Source: Octopus sinensis
Lineage: Eukaryota
Length of the DNA: 64,000 bases
Assembly (NCBI RefSeq): GCF_006345805.1
Contig: NC_043005.1
Location: 79,670,001 to 79,734,000 of the forward strand
Direction of reading: 5' to 3'
Positions 14,015-27,524 of this stretch are shown in pieces (within the stretch, counting starts at the first letter, position 1; every line of letters begins with the position of its first letter). The translations under genes were made by a program, and so were the position numbers. Under the pieces are notes generated by a model. The model made no database searches, had not been told where the DNA came from, and worked only from the letters and a program-made list of their open reading frames with translations.

Positions 14015-14425
14015 GGCGATGAGCTGGCAGAATCGTTAGCGGTATTCCGTCTGTCTTTACGTTCTGAGTTCAAATTCCGCCGAGGTCGACTTTGTGTTTC
14101 ATCCTTTCGAGGTCGATAAATTAAGTATCAGTAGCCTACTGGCGTTGATCTAATCGACTGGCCTCCTCTCAAAAAATTTCTGACCTTATGCCTAGAATAG
14201 AAAAGAATATTAGGCGGCGAGCTGGCTGAATCAGTAACACACCGGGCGAAATTCATAGCGGTATTTCGTGTGTCTTTACGTTCTGAGTTCAAATTCCGCC
14301 GCGGTGGACTTTGGTTTTCATCCATTCGGGGTCGATAAATTAATCACCAGTTGCGTACTGGTGTCGATCTAATCGACTGCCTCCCCCCAAAAAAAGTTTC
14401 GGGCCTTGCGCCTAGAGTAGTAAAA
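14015..14425 (+). mobile_element. Two tandem SINE family A monomers
   Basis: Two aaggcg(a/g)cgagctggc heads, each ending in ccttgtgcctagagtag-type tails. Confidence 0.85.
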
Positions 14426-14714
14426 AAAAGGTAGTACTTCTATATCTTTTTGCCTTCATCTTTATCAGCAATGAAATTGCCGCCCCTGCCACTGCTGTTC
14501 CTGCCACTCCAACGTCATTTGTTAGAACTATGTTAGTATTTATGTGTGCTCACCAAATAGAGATAAATACCGGGTTATGTAAGGAGTCTCGAAATTAAAT
14601 ATCTATATCAATGAAATCGTGCAATTACAAAAACGGGCAAAATCTTATGGTTATTATTTATTAGGATATAAAATAATATATATATATAAAATAATATATA
14701 TATATATATAATAT

Positions 14715-14746
<32 letters not shown>

Positions 14747-16238
14747 ATTAGGTTAAAATCTATATACGAATTTATCGAGTAGTCAACGTGAAAAACGAGT
14801 TAAGGCAGAAATTTATACAAAACATATAATTATTCACTTAAAATACATTTATTATATTCAGGGCTACTAGTAAACGTAAATGCCTCGCACTATAAGTGAC
14901 TCAAAGTTAAAACTATTTTAATAAATATACAGTGTACTGACAGCGCGGGAAAGCAATTTGGAAGTCGTCTTTTAAAAACAGATTCAGCGGCAAATCACAT
15001 GATTTCATAGTTAGTGTACATAATGCACTTTCCTATGTGTGTCTCACTTTTACGGTTGTTTGAAGCCCGCAAAAAAGCGGGCCATCGCAGATAGATGCTC
15101 AACTACAATGCGTGAGGCATTTGCATGTTGTAACGCCACTAATATAATATATATGTGTGTGTGTGTGTGTGTTCGCATGTGTGTGTTTGAGTGTACATAT
15201 GTATATAGGTATGTGTGTATATATTTTACATTTTACTTGTTTCAGCCATTAGACGGCGACCATGCTGGAATACCGCCTTGAAGCTTTTAGTCGAACAAAT
15301 CGATCCCACGTAGTTTTTTTCGTTATTATATCAACTCTTTTCGCCGTAGCGCTACGTTAGGAGGCCTAAACTAGCTAACAACAGTTGACAAGCGGTTGTG
15401 AGGGCAAACACAAAAATTCAAACCCATAGCTATACACTCATACACACATACACACACTCATACGACACCACAGTGAGCGCTATGGCGACCAGAGCTCGCT
15501 CTGGGCGCCATTGGCTCGGCTCGGCTCGGCTTGGCTTCTGAAGGAGAGGTAAGGAAGAATTTTAATTATATATAGAGAACTATAGCGTGAAGGCAGCATA
15601 AAAAAACAACCCTTCCTCAGTTGTTGGCACTTTTACCTACTCCGCATTGCAACAAGATGCGTCTTCGTCAAAGCAATTGCTCCCCCAAAGCAAATTAAAT
15701 ATAATTTGAGATACGTGGAACGTCAAAGCTGCTATCAAAAACAGGACAGTGAAAACATTCGGTAAGGTCTGTTTAACCCTAACGAGGTGAAGTGGTGAAC
15801 GCTGGAGAAAGAAAGTTTTGTCAAGAGACAGACAAGAATGCTTGAACGAAAAGAAAAAGAATTACATTTAGAAATAGATCTATAATTATTGAGGACAGAA
15901 TTTCTGTTAGAAATAGAGAACTATAAATATTGAATTGTGCATAAAGCGCTGACTTACATTCGGGGCTTCCAATTTCTCTGTAAAATATAAGATAATCGCA
16001 AAATCTTCGCACATGTCACCATCGATTACAAACACCGGTGGAAGATAAAATTTCCAGATGACTTTCTTGTTCTTTCGTTCGTACAAGGATCGTATTATGT
16101 TTCGTCTTAAAATAAATTATAGATACAAATATAATGTATAGAAATATATAAAAATCAGAATAGAAAATAAACGTCTTAGGCATATAAAATGAGATAACAT
16201 GAGATATCAAGGTGTTATATACTTGAAACCTACTAGAA

Positions 16239-18822
16239 TATCATGTCATCCAGTCAGTTCTGTCCAATTTTACCTTTTTTTTTTAGATTTGAATAAAACT
16301 TAATAGTATTTGCAAATGTCTAATTCAATTAAAAATTATTTTCATGCATTTATGTACGTTTCAACTAATTAAATATTGTTTTACAAAATAATAGAGGGTG
16401 TCCACAAAGTCTGCGTACATGGGGATTAACACATACTTTTAAAACAAAACAATTTTATTTAATTATAATGTTAATAAATAATATTTTCAAAGTGATTTCC
16501 ATCATTTTCAATGCATAACTTGATGCGCCTTGCAACATTCAGGTGAACTTAATCAAATAAGTCTACATTGCCATCAATTTCAGCACACTGACTGGTAGTG
16601 CGTTCTCTCATGTGTTTTAAATCTGTTATCTTTATTGAGTAAACTTTCTCTTTCAACATACCTCAGAAAAAGAAGTCAAGGGGAGAAATATGTGGTGAAC
16701 GAGGGGACCATTCCATATGACCCCTTCTTCCAATCTTGTGAGGAAAAGTGTCATTAAGCCAATCTCTAGCAGTTGTGGCAAAATGGGTAGGGGCCCCATC
16801 CTTCTGAAACCAATTCGGAAGGCCCTCGCCTAGGCGCTCAATTTAAGATATTAATTTGTCTCTCAATATATTTGCATAAGTCTCATCCGTTACGTGTTCA
16901 ATGAAGAAGGGTCCTAGAACATTAGCTTTCTAAAAACCACACCACACCATCAGCGTTTTGCTGCCTTGCTGTTTGGATAGATCCATCCAATGTGGATTAC
17001 CTCGAAACCAGTATAGAAGATTCTGTCTGTTGACCTCACCATTTACATAAAACGTAGCTTTGTCACTGAACAACAAAGTTTTTCGTAAAATTGATATTTT
17101 CATCCAATTTATCTGAAAACCATTCGCACCTCTACATTCGTCTATCAGGATCGTCTTCATTTAAGTGATGCAATATCTGTAGGTTGTATCGATGAAACTT
17201 TTCCTCAACCAGCATTTTGTGAATGGTTGGTTTTCGAATACCTAACACCGTAGATGTCCGACGAAGTGATTTCTTTGGGCTAGCAGAAACTCCACAGCCT
17301 CTTTAGTTTCATCTGAAGTCTTTGGTCGCCCGGAACGGGGTTTATCCAAAACACTGCCTGTTTCTTTAAATTTCTTGATCAATTTCCTGACGGCAGTAAA
17401 ATAAATAGGTTGCCTACAAGGGAGTCGAAGATTAAATTCTTCCGCAATTTTGCGATAAGACCATCCCTCTCGTCCACTTAATAATACTAACTCGATTCTT
17501 TCTTCTTTAGACAGATTCATCATTCGATCTGGGATTCTTTCTTCTTTAGACAGAGCCATCATTCGATCATCTGTAGAAAAAATAACAAATAAATTTAGAA
17601 AAGTAAAGTATTTTTTTTATTTAATTTAAACAAAAGTAAAAAAGGAAAATTATTATTTCTTATATTTATTTGTTTATGTTATGATTTTATTCCATGTATC
17701 CAGACTTCGTGGACACCCTAAAATTGCTTTGATTAAAAACCATTCAACATGGAGTTATCCAAGGAGGATTTATTGCACATATAATTCTTTATGAGTACAA
17801 TAAAGGTAACTCTGCAGCCGAAGTGACTCGAAACATACACTCAGTTTATGGAAAAGTGCTCGAATGAAAGAACATGCAGGAGATCGTTTGCAAAATTGAA
17901 GATGAATATCGAACAGGACGTCCAGTTGAGTTTGATGATAAGCTCCTTGAGGCATTACTTGAAGAAAATCCGTCATTATCAGTTGAAGAATTGGCAGTAA
18001 AGCTTAGTTCAAACCATACAACAGTTCATCGTCATCTTCAACAACGTGGAAAGATTCCTAAACTTGGAAAATAGGTGCCTTATGTATTGTCCGAAAGCAA
18101 CCGCAAACCCCGAGTTGGCATCTGCTCTTCTCTCCATTCTCGCAAACTCATTTCACCCTTTTTCGATAGACTTGTGATGAAAAATGGATTTTCTATCGAA
18201 ATGTTAAACGTCGTAAACAGTGGCTTGGTAAAAGGGAAAATGCTCAACCACAACCGAGAAGGGAAGTTCATGGGAAAATGTTCTCTCTATCTGGTGCGAT
18301 TGCAAAGGTATAATTCACTTTATATTATTACCACCTAATGCAACAGTCAATGCCCAAGTTTACTGTCAGCAATTAGAGCGTTTGAACCAAGGTTTGAAGG
18401 AAAAAAGAGTCGCTTTAGTGAATCGAAAACGAGTGATGTTTCATCAGGACATAGCGCAACCCCACACTGCAAAGATCACATCACAGAAGATCGAAGAGCT
18501 CGATTGGGAAAAATTTCTTCATCCACCTTATTCTCCCGACCTTACTCCTTCAGACTACTATTTGTTTCATAGTTTACAGAATTATTAGGGGACGCAACTT
18601 TCGCAAGCCAGGAGGAGGTCGAAACTGACATTTCAGAGTTCTTCGCTTTGAAACCAAAAGAGTTTTACATTGATGGTATTGAAAAGCTTGTAAATAGATT
18701 GAAGTAAGTCATAGATAATCAGGGAAAGTACATTGATGATTAACTTTCAATTAAATACAACATTTGATCACTTGTATTCTGTAGCCAAAATTCGGACAGA
18801 ACTTATGGGATGATCCGAGATA
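16239..18822 (+). mobile_element. Mariner (DD34D) element, defective, interrupted by a Tc1-superfamily insertion
   Basis: Imperfect TIRs tatcatgtcatccagtcagttctgtcc and ggacagaacttatgggatgatccgagata. Transposase from ~17748 (MELSKEDLLH..YEYNKGNSAAE), with HQD(34 aa)D: FHQDIAQPH...HPPYSPDLTPSDY. Confidence 0.85.
16392..17720 (-). mobile_element. DD41D-like (rosa/Visitor-type) Tc1/mariner element, defective, nested in the mariner
   Basis: TIRs gggtgtccacaaagtctg/cagacttcgtggacaccc. HTH KKFKETGSVLDKPRSGRP; FSD.ATFYVNGEVNRQN; QKDGAP...PLDFF with 40 residues between the Asps (one residue apparently lost). Confidence 0.82.
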
Positions 18823-19362
18823 TACGCTGGCGAAAATATATTTAAGACATACGATAAAAGTTCTATTTCTTACAAAATATTTTGTTACTAACACCATACA
18901 AATTATTTCTATCTTTTACACCTTATGCAAAATTTATTTCTCTTTCGAATGATGCAGACAATAAATATTTTTATGCAGCTTGAAGAATTCTAAGTAATAT
19001 AAATGTTAAAAATTTACCGGGAAAATTAGTTTAAGACCATGTAATATGTATGCTTTTTGTTGGCCAAAATGGGTGGTCACACAACGAGCCTAAACGCACC
19101 ATACAAAGTTATAATTAAATTTTTTTATACAATTTATTAATAATGGGAAAACAAGGTAGCTTTAGTCCAGTCACGGGAGCAAAAATAGTATATTACAGCA
19201 AAAAGTTTCCTTTTCGAACATCAGCAAGCAACTAAACTGCAGTAAACGGGCTTGCGTGAATGCGTGGAAGTTATACTCGGAGACTGGTCAATATAAAGAT
19301 CGGCAAAGGACTAGTAACAGAATATCATTGGTCTTAAATTTATTTTCGCCGGTATGTATACT
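18821..19362. mobile_element. Possible Tc1-like MITE
   Basis: Imperfect TIRs ctggcgaaaatatatttaagac/gtcttaaatttattttcgccgg with TA at the ends. Confidence 0.35.
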
Positions 19363-19601
19363 ATATATATATATAATGTATATAACACAGGAATTTTAAT
19401 GGAGATAACCTGCAGTATATAGTACAACATTTTTGTCTCCGTATATGAGCTAAGTATTAATAAAATGTGGTATACGATAAACATTTCGGATATTTATCTT
19501 AAAACATTTAGACAAGAAAATTCAGATGTGGCACATGAGGTATTACTCCATACGAATATCCACCTTTTTATATTAATAGTTTCATGATAAAAATATAGAA
19601 A

Positions 19602-20168
19602 TATTGGGTTGTCTGGAAAGTTCATGCCCATTTATAGTAGCTTATTTTTCGACTTATTTTAGAACTTGTTTGAGTCCATAAAATAGGATTTGACTACACC
19701 TCCATTTAGAGCACAGTTTAAGCTATCTTTTCGTGGAAGAAGGTTTATGTTCCTATAACCTGTGTTAATTCTGTAACCCTTTAAATTAAAAGATGAGAAA
19801 GTTTATTTTCGGTACTTGATGCTTTGGGAACCAGACAGAAATTGCTGCAGCTCGGCTGGTATGTGTTACCCCTACCCTCCATATTCACCGGATATTGCTC
19901 CTTTGGATTTCCACTTATTTAGGTCTCTGCAGAATAGTCTTAATGGTGAAAATTTCAATTCCTTAGATGACGTAAAAAGATACCTTGATGAATTATTTGC
20001 CTTGAAACCACCCCAATTCTGGGAAGAGGGTATTTTTGAAAAGGAAAGATGGAGACGTATTGTGCACCAAAATGATTCAGATTTGGTTAATTAAAAATGT
20101 AATGGCAAGTATTTAGTGACCTTTACTTTCCTTTAAAAATCGGAACGAACTTTCCGGCCAACCCAATA
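19602..20168 (+). mobile_element. Internally deleted mariner
   Basis: TIRs tattgggttgtctggaaagttc/gaactttccggccaacccaata; C-terminal fragment PPYSPDIAPLDFHLFRSLQNSL..WEEGI. Confidence 0.85.
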
Positions 20169-20433
20169 TAAACATAACAATGAAATACGAATATAAACAG
20201 GAAAAATAAAAACCTAAATTGAAAGAGGCGATTAAAATGTTTTTCCTAATCTGAAGCCGTATTAGAAAAGTGGTTGTACGAAGTATTCGAAATTCAGCCC
20301 TCCTTCCTCAGGGTTCCTTTCTCGAGGTAAAATACAGCAGAAAGCAGTAAGGCACTACATGGTGCGTATTCAGTTGGTGAAAGTTCAGTTTTTGAGTATC
20401 GATGAATAAGCGACAGCATATCCTTTTGTGCAT

Positions 20434-21228
20434 GTTTCTTTATTACCCACGAGGGGCCACACAGAGGGGACATTACAAACATAGGGGACACAGAACATCA
20501 CAATTACATAGAAATGAAGATGAAATATGAAAATGATAGATGAAAGTGATACTAACGGCCCCTATCCGCTAGCATCACTTACCTGTCCTCCGTGACTTTA
20601 CATCCGAGATCGTCCCCAAAGAAAAACCCTTCGCTCTCTATTTATCTCCCCAGTCTCTCTTCCATTTCCTTCACTATCTCATCCTTTATTATCACTGTAG
20701 TTATCTCCCAGTCCTCCTTTTCAACCCTTTCCATAAGCTCATCTATTTGTTCTTTTGGAACTACTGCATATCTATTTCTGCCCTTCTCACACTATTGATA
20801 GTCACTTATTAACTCTTTTATGTCCTCTCTCTTTGCGATGCATAAAATGTTGGGCCTAGGTTCTTGTTTGGTATCTTGACTGTATGTATCTCTTTTTTGT
20901 TTTCTTGTTGGTGGGGAGAGGATGGGTTCAATGTCTTCAGGGGAAGGGTGGGTCTCAGAGGTTGCGGGTGGTGTTGGGGTGGATTGGGGTTCAACACTGT
21001 TTTTTCTCTTCTTTTTCTCTTCCTCTTTTTCCTGACTTCTTCCCATTCTTTTGAAACCTCCTCTTCTTTTGTTGTCTCTTTCTCCTTTGGTTTCTGCTCC
21101 TCTTCTACCTCTCTTTGTGGTTCCGCATCCATATCTTTCGATGGGGAGGGCAGTTAGCTCTTATGTGACCTCTCAGGCCACACTTGTAACAACGCGGAGC
21201 TCTGCTCTCCACCCACACTCTCATGATG
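20434..21228 (-). mobile_element. Retroelement remnant with a gag-like CCHC-knuckle ORF1-type frame ending directly in a 3' UTR and a SINE-like tail
   Basis: Minus strand MRVWVESRAPRCYKCGLRGHIRANC (CX2CX4HX4C), then with two frameshifts and two stops KEWEEVRKKRK...IESEGFFFGDDLGCKVTEDR* (stop 20579-20581). Tail tgtcccctctgtgtggcccctcgtgggtaataaagaaa. Confidence 0.7.
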
Positions 21229-23662
21229 ACTCCAAGAAAATGGGCCGACCACGCATTAACACTGCCAGAACCTCGGACCCTACACTGCGACGATGTTTTG
21301 CTGTTTCTATCAAGGTTGCCCTCAGTAGCTGCCCAACCTCCTCTGCTGAAAGTAGGTGGAATTATATCAGGGAAGCTTTGTATACCACATCAATAGATAC
21401 TTTCGGCATGAGAGAAAGGTAAAACCCAGATTTTGTTCAGTGCTGGGCTCTCAGAGCTGGAAACAGTTATCGAAGCAAAGCGTGCAGCTCTGATGCAATA
21501 CAAGAGTGATTCTTCTACAAAGTCACTCGAAGAACTCAGAAAGGCAAAAAATAAAACCCAACTGACTGCCAGAAACTGTGCAAATGGGTATTGACAGGAA
21601 ATCTGTCAGAGTATCCAGTCAGCTGCAGACAGTGGCGACTCCCGTGGGATGTATGCTGGTTTGGAGAAGGCCCTCGGTCCATCCGCAACTGAAATTAACT
21701 ACTGGGGATCTCATCAAGGACCAAAGCAAGCAAATGGTTACATGGATGGAGTACTACCCGGATCTCTACTCACGAGAGACCACGGTAGCTGAGGCTGCAA
21801 TCGAGGGTGTCAACATCTTGCCAGTCATGTGTGAACTTGACAGTCTGCCATCTATAGCAGAGCTCACCAAATCTATTGACTCCCTAGCAAGTAACAAGGC
21901 TCCGGGAAAAGACGGCATCCCCTTGGAGATCATCAAAACGGCAAAAACACCATCCTGCTTCGGCACATTCATGAGCTTCTGTGTCAGTGCTGGGAAGAGG
22001 GTACAGTCCCTCAGAATATGCGCGATGCTAACATCATTACGCTTTACAAAAATAAAGGTGACCGTGATGATTTTAACAATTACCGTAGAATGTCTCTTCT
22101 AAGCACTGTTGGAAAGGCCTCTGCTCGCATTATCCTGTCCAGGCTGCAACTAATTGCTTCTCGAATTTATCCAGAATCGCAGTGTGGCTTTAGAAGAAGC
22201 AGATCAACTATTAACATGATATTCTCCAAACGCTAACTTCAGGAGAAGTCCAGAGAGCAGAAAATGCCATTATATATGGCCTTCATTGATCTGACAAAGG
22301 CCTTTGACTTGGTAAGTGGAAAAGGCTTCTTCCTCCTGCTCCCAAAAATCGGATGTCTGCCAAAGCTGCTGAGGATCATCAAATCTTTCCATGCTGATAT
22401 GCAAGGCGCCATACAGCACAATGGTTCAACATCAGCCGCCTTCCAAATAAAAAATCGGGTAAAGCAAGGTTGTGTCCTTGCTCCTACATTATTTGGCGTC
22501 TTCTCGCTGCTGCTGTCATATGGATTTGAGACATCAGATGATGGAGTGTTTCTGCACAGTAGAAGTGATGGGAAACTGTTAAATCTCTCGCGTCTGCGTG
22601 CCAAGACCAAAATCAGAAGCGTCCTGATCAAGGAGATGCTATTTGCTGATGATGCCGCTCTGGTATCACACACAGAAGAAGCCCTACGAAGGCTCATCAA
22701 CTGTTTTGAGAAAGCATTTGGCAACTTTGGCTTAGTTATCAGCCTCAAGAAGACCAACATCGTGGGTCAGGCTACATCGGACATCCCAAACATACATATT
22801 GGAGACCACAGAGTACAGGAGGTGGGGAAGTTTACCTATCATGGCTCTACGGTCACCTACAACCTATCCCTTGATGCTGAGCTCAATATATGCATTGGCA
22901 AAGCAGCTGCTGTGATGGCCCAACTCTCTAAACGCGCATGGGACAACAATAAGCTGACCAAGACCACAAAAATGAAGATTTACCAGGCATATGTACATAG
23001 CATTCTACTGTATGGAAGTGAGACTTGGGCGTCATATACACGTCATACACACGCCATAAGACGCCATCTGTCACCTGCGCTGCCTCCGGAAAATCCTTCA
23101 CCACAAATGGCAGAATCATGTCCCCAACAAAGGTGTCCTCAAGCAAGCAGGAATACCAAGCATGTTTGCACTCCTCACACAAAGACCTATGAGATGGCTC
23201 GGTCATGTTAGCCGTATGGAAGATGGCAGAATCCCCAAGGACATACTCAACGGAAAGCTTGCTAGGGGCACTAGGTATGTGGGAAGACCGTTCTTACGCT
23301 ACAAGGATGTTTGCAAAAGGGACATGAAAGCCTGCAACATCAATATTATCAACTGGGAAGCAGTTGCCAGCAACCGTGGAGATTGGCGACGTACCGTAAA
23401 AGAAGGAACACAAAGGAGTGACATCGAGAGAAGGGAGAAATGGAAAGACAAAAAAAGACGTCAACAAGAAACTATGACATTACAACCAGCCAGGCAAAGT
23501 CTTCGCTACATTTGCGGCACCTGCCAGAGGGAGTGTTTGTCCAGGATAGGACTACACAGCCAAAGCAGGAGATGTATTATGACATGAAATGTAAAAGCCG
23601 GACTAGATTATTTTATGCGTAATTCCATTGTCTCCCGAGACAAAAAGGATGCCAACAACAAT
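21229..23662 (+). mobile_element. RTE-clade LINE, 5'-truncated and frameshifted (RT pseudogene)
   Basis: IITLYKNKGDR..NNYR..SLLS, PESQCGFR, FIDLTKAFD, VKQGCVLAPTLF, LFADDAAL, LLYGSETW, WLGHVSRMEDGRIPK. RTE-type 3' end ccattgtctcccgagacaaaaaggatgccaacaacaa. Confidence 0.93.
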
Positions 23663-23957
23663 ATATATGGATTTCGTAGACAGGAACTGTAACAAATCAA
23701 TCGTATATATATATATGTATGTATATATGTAAGTGTATGTGTGTGTCTTTGTCTCTGTGTTTCGCCCTCATCACTGCTTCACAACTGCTGTTCATTTATT
23801 TACATCCACATAACTTACTGGTTTCACAAGAACAAACTAATAGAATAGGCTTATCAACACGAAAAAGCACTAGGCTGTGTCTCATATCTTTTGTTTGCCC
23901 ACTCAGTTGTATCTATCAAATTATCTTTGTGTGTGTGTGTGTGTGTGTGTATTTATA

Positions 23958-25392
<1,435 letters not shown>

Positions 25393-26017
25393 TGAGAAAG
25401 AGAGCTGATGAGCTGATGACTCATGTCTCAATCCGCCGAAGTTCAGATTTTCTTGTCCGATTCTATCCTTTAGGTCACAATAGAAATGTAAGGTGTCTGC
25501 ATTTATACAACGTACATACGCAAGCCTGTACGTATGCAGGTATGTATGCAAGTATGTATACGCCTAAGATATACATTACCCATGTTTAGCATATGAAGTT
25601 CAAAGTTTTGATAAACTAAACGCATTATCTTTACAATAAAACATATCAACTGTTATAACGTTATCAACATAATAGATGACCTATCGATATTAGATAAACC
25701 CATATCATGAGACAAATACTCTTCTATATCGGCTAAAGATTACAGGAAACGCAAATCTGCCTGAAAATATTTTATATCAATGATTGGCTTAATTTCGTAT
25801 TTTTGTGTTCTGCAAACACAACTTTTAAAAGAATATCTGGTCGTTATTGTGTAGTCTTTTATACACAGTTTCTATTGAATTGGTCGTTGTTTTGGGTTCT
25901 TCTTTTTTTACTTATTTTCATGTTTATGTATTGGTTTATGTATTGTTCTTAATGTATATTTTACTATAGACTATAGTTTTATTTATCGTCGTTGCTATAT
26001 TCATTGTGATCACTATG

Positions 26018-26049
<32 letters not shown>

Positions 26050-26481
26050 CATTATTGCCCCCATAGTAATCCTGGAGGAACTTTGCATGTTTATATTGTC
26101 ATATCAACAATAAGTGATTCAACAGTATCAGATCTTTTCCCTTGCGGCCAAAAAATGGTAATGATTGTTTGTCTGTTTGTTGCTTCTTCTTCTTCTTCTT
26201 CTTTTTGTCTTTTTTTCCCTTCTTTTGATTTTTTTCCTTCTACTCAAATACATTGGATGTCACGGAAGAGAAAGTGAATGCGCAGAGGTCGCCATTAACA
26301 TTTTTTTCTATAACTCTATTGTTATTTTTAAAGAAATATTCCAACAGAATCATTAAAGATGTATTCTTATATGTATTGTAGACTTTCAGTTGCACTCAAA
26401 GAATTCAACTTCCTAGTCTTGTGTTAGAGATTATGACGAATAAATGTAAAATATATAAATGAAATAAACAAATAAATAACG

Positions 26482-26535
<54 letters not shown>

Positions 26536-26542
26536 TTAATAA

Positions 26543-26706
26543 TGGTCAGGACTATAAGCAGAAAGTGAAGGTTTCATATTGGCTGCTCAAGACCAAAGCT
26601 TCTTAATCCGGAACTACCAAACCAATGTGGTAAAAAATGGAGCTGACCCAAAATGCCGATTCTGTAACGATCAGATTGAAACTATAGACCACCTAATATC
26701 AGGGTG
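26543..26706 (+). mobile_element. R4/Dong-type (RLE) LINE fragment after an (AAT)n tract
   Basis: ESEGFILAAQDQS..RNY..KNGADPKCRFCNDQIETIDHLISGC (CCHC knuckle preceding the RLE domain). Confidence 0.75.
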
Positions 26707-26758
<52 letters not shown>

Positions 26759-26764
<6 letters not shown>

Positions 26765-27140
26765 GTAAAAAGTGAAAAAACTACAGAAGGCTTGTTTTAT
26801 AAGGTTAAAGAATATATTTGAGTCATTATGTTGGAAGAGTGTTATAAAAAATTTTCATACAGTAACATAGTTTTTGAAGAAATTACCGTTTTCATGTAAT
26901 CTTTTCAAATTTCTCAAGTGTCTTTACCTACATCGTGTCTCAAATGTCTTTACCTACATAACACGATGTAGGTAAAGACACTTGAGAAATTTGAAAAGAT
27001 AACGCGAAACCGGTAATTTCTTCAAAAACTATGTTACTGTATGAAAAATTTTTATAACATTCTTCCAACGTAATGACTCAAATATATTCTTTAACCTTAT
27101 AAAACAAGCCTTCTGTAGTTTTTTCACTTTTTACTATTTT
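26759..27140. repeat. 180-bp-arm fold-back flanked by (TA)n, with the 3' half of a hammerhead (GAAACCGGTA)
   Basis: Arms 26759-26938 and 26961-27140 with a few mismatches. The spacer 26939-26960 directly repeats part of the left arm. Confidence 0.88.
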
Positions 27141-27188
27141 CTATATATCCAACCACGTGCTTTCACACCAACTTTCTCACCTATATAT

Positions 27189-27220
<32 letters not shown>

Positions 27221-27310
27221 ATATATATATATATACCAGAGTAAACACATAAATGCTAATCAAGGTGGGAAAATAGTACTCGAATACCAGAGATAGAGTA
27301 ATATGCTTTA

Positions 27311-27480
27311 TTAAAAAGCAGTAAAAAATATCACAAAAGCTGTTACTCAGAGTTTCATGTTCTCCTTCGTCGGACAGTTTTGATTAGAATCTAAATAAAA
27401 CTGTCCGACGAACGTGAAACAATTTTTGTGACGAACGGGAATAAGTAACAGATTTTGTGATATTTTTTGCTGCTTTTTAA
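27311..27480. repeat. Fold-back carrying two hammerhead-like motifs with a CCGACGA core
   Basis: Outer arms ~27311-27347 and ~27444-27480; perfect inner 16-bp IR ttcgtcggacagtttt/aaaactgtccgacgaa. Minus motif 27340-27377 (GAAACTCTGAGTA); plus motif 27397-27456. Confidence 0.7.
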
Positions 27481-27485
27481 GAAAG

Positions 27486-27524
<39 letters not shown>

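Noticed and set aside
20575-20590. Consensus splice donor CAG|GTAAGT on the minus strand
   Set aside because: It overlaps the natural stop of the CCHC element ORF and is followed by a retroelement-type tail, so a host exon is not needed to explain it.
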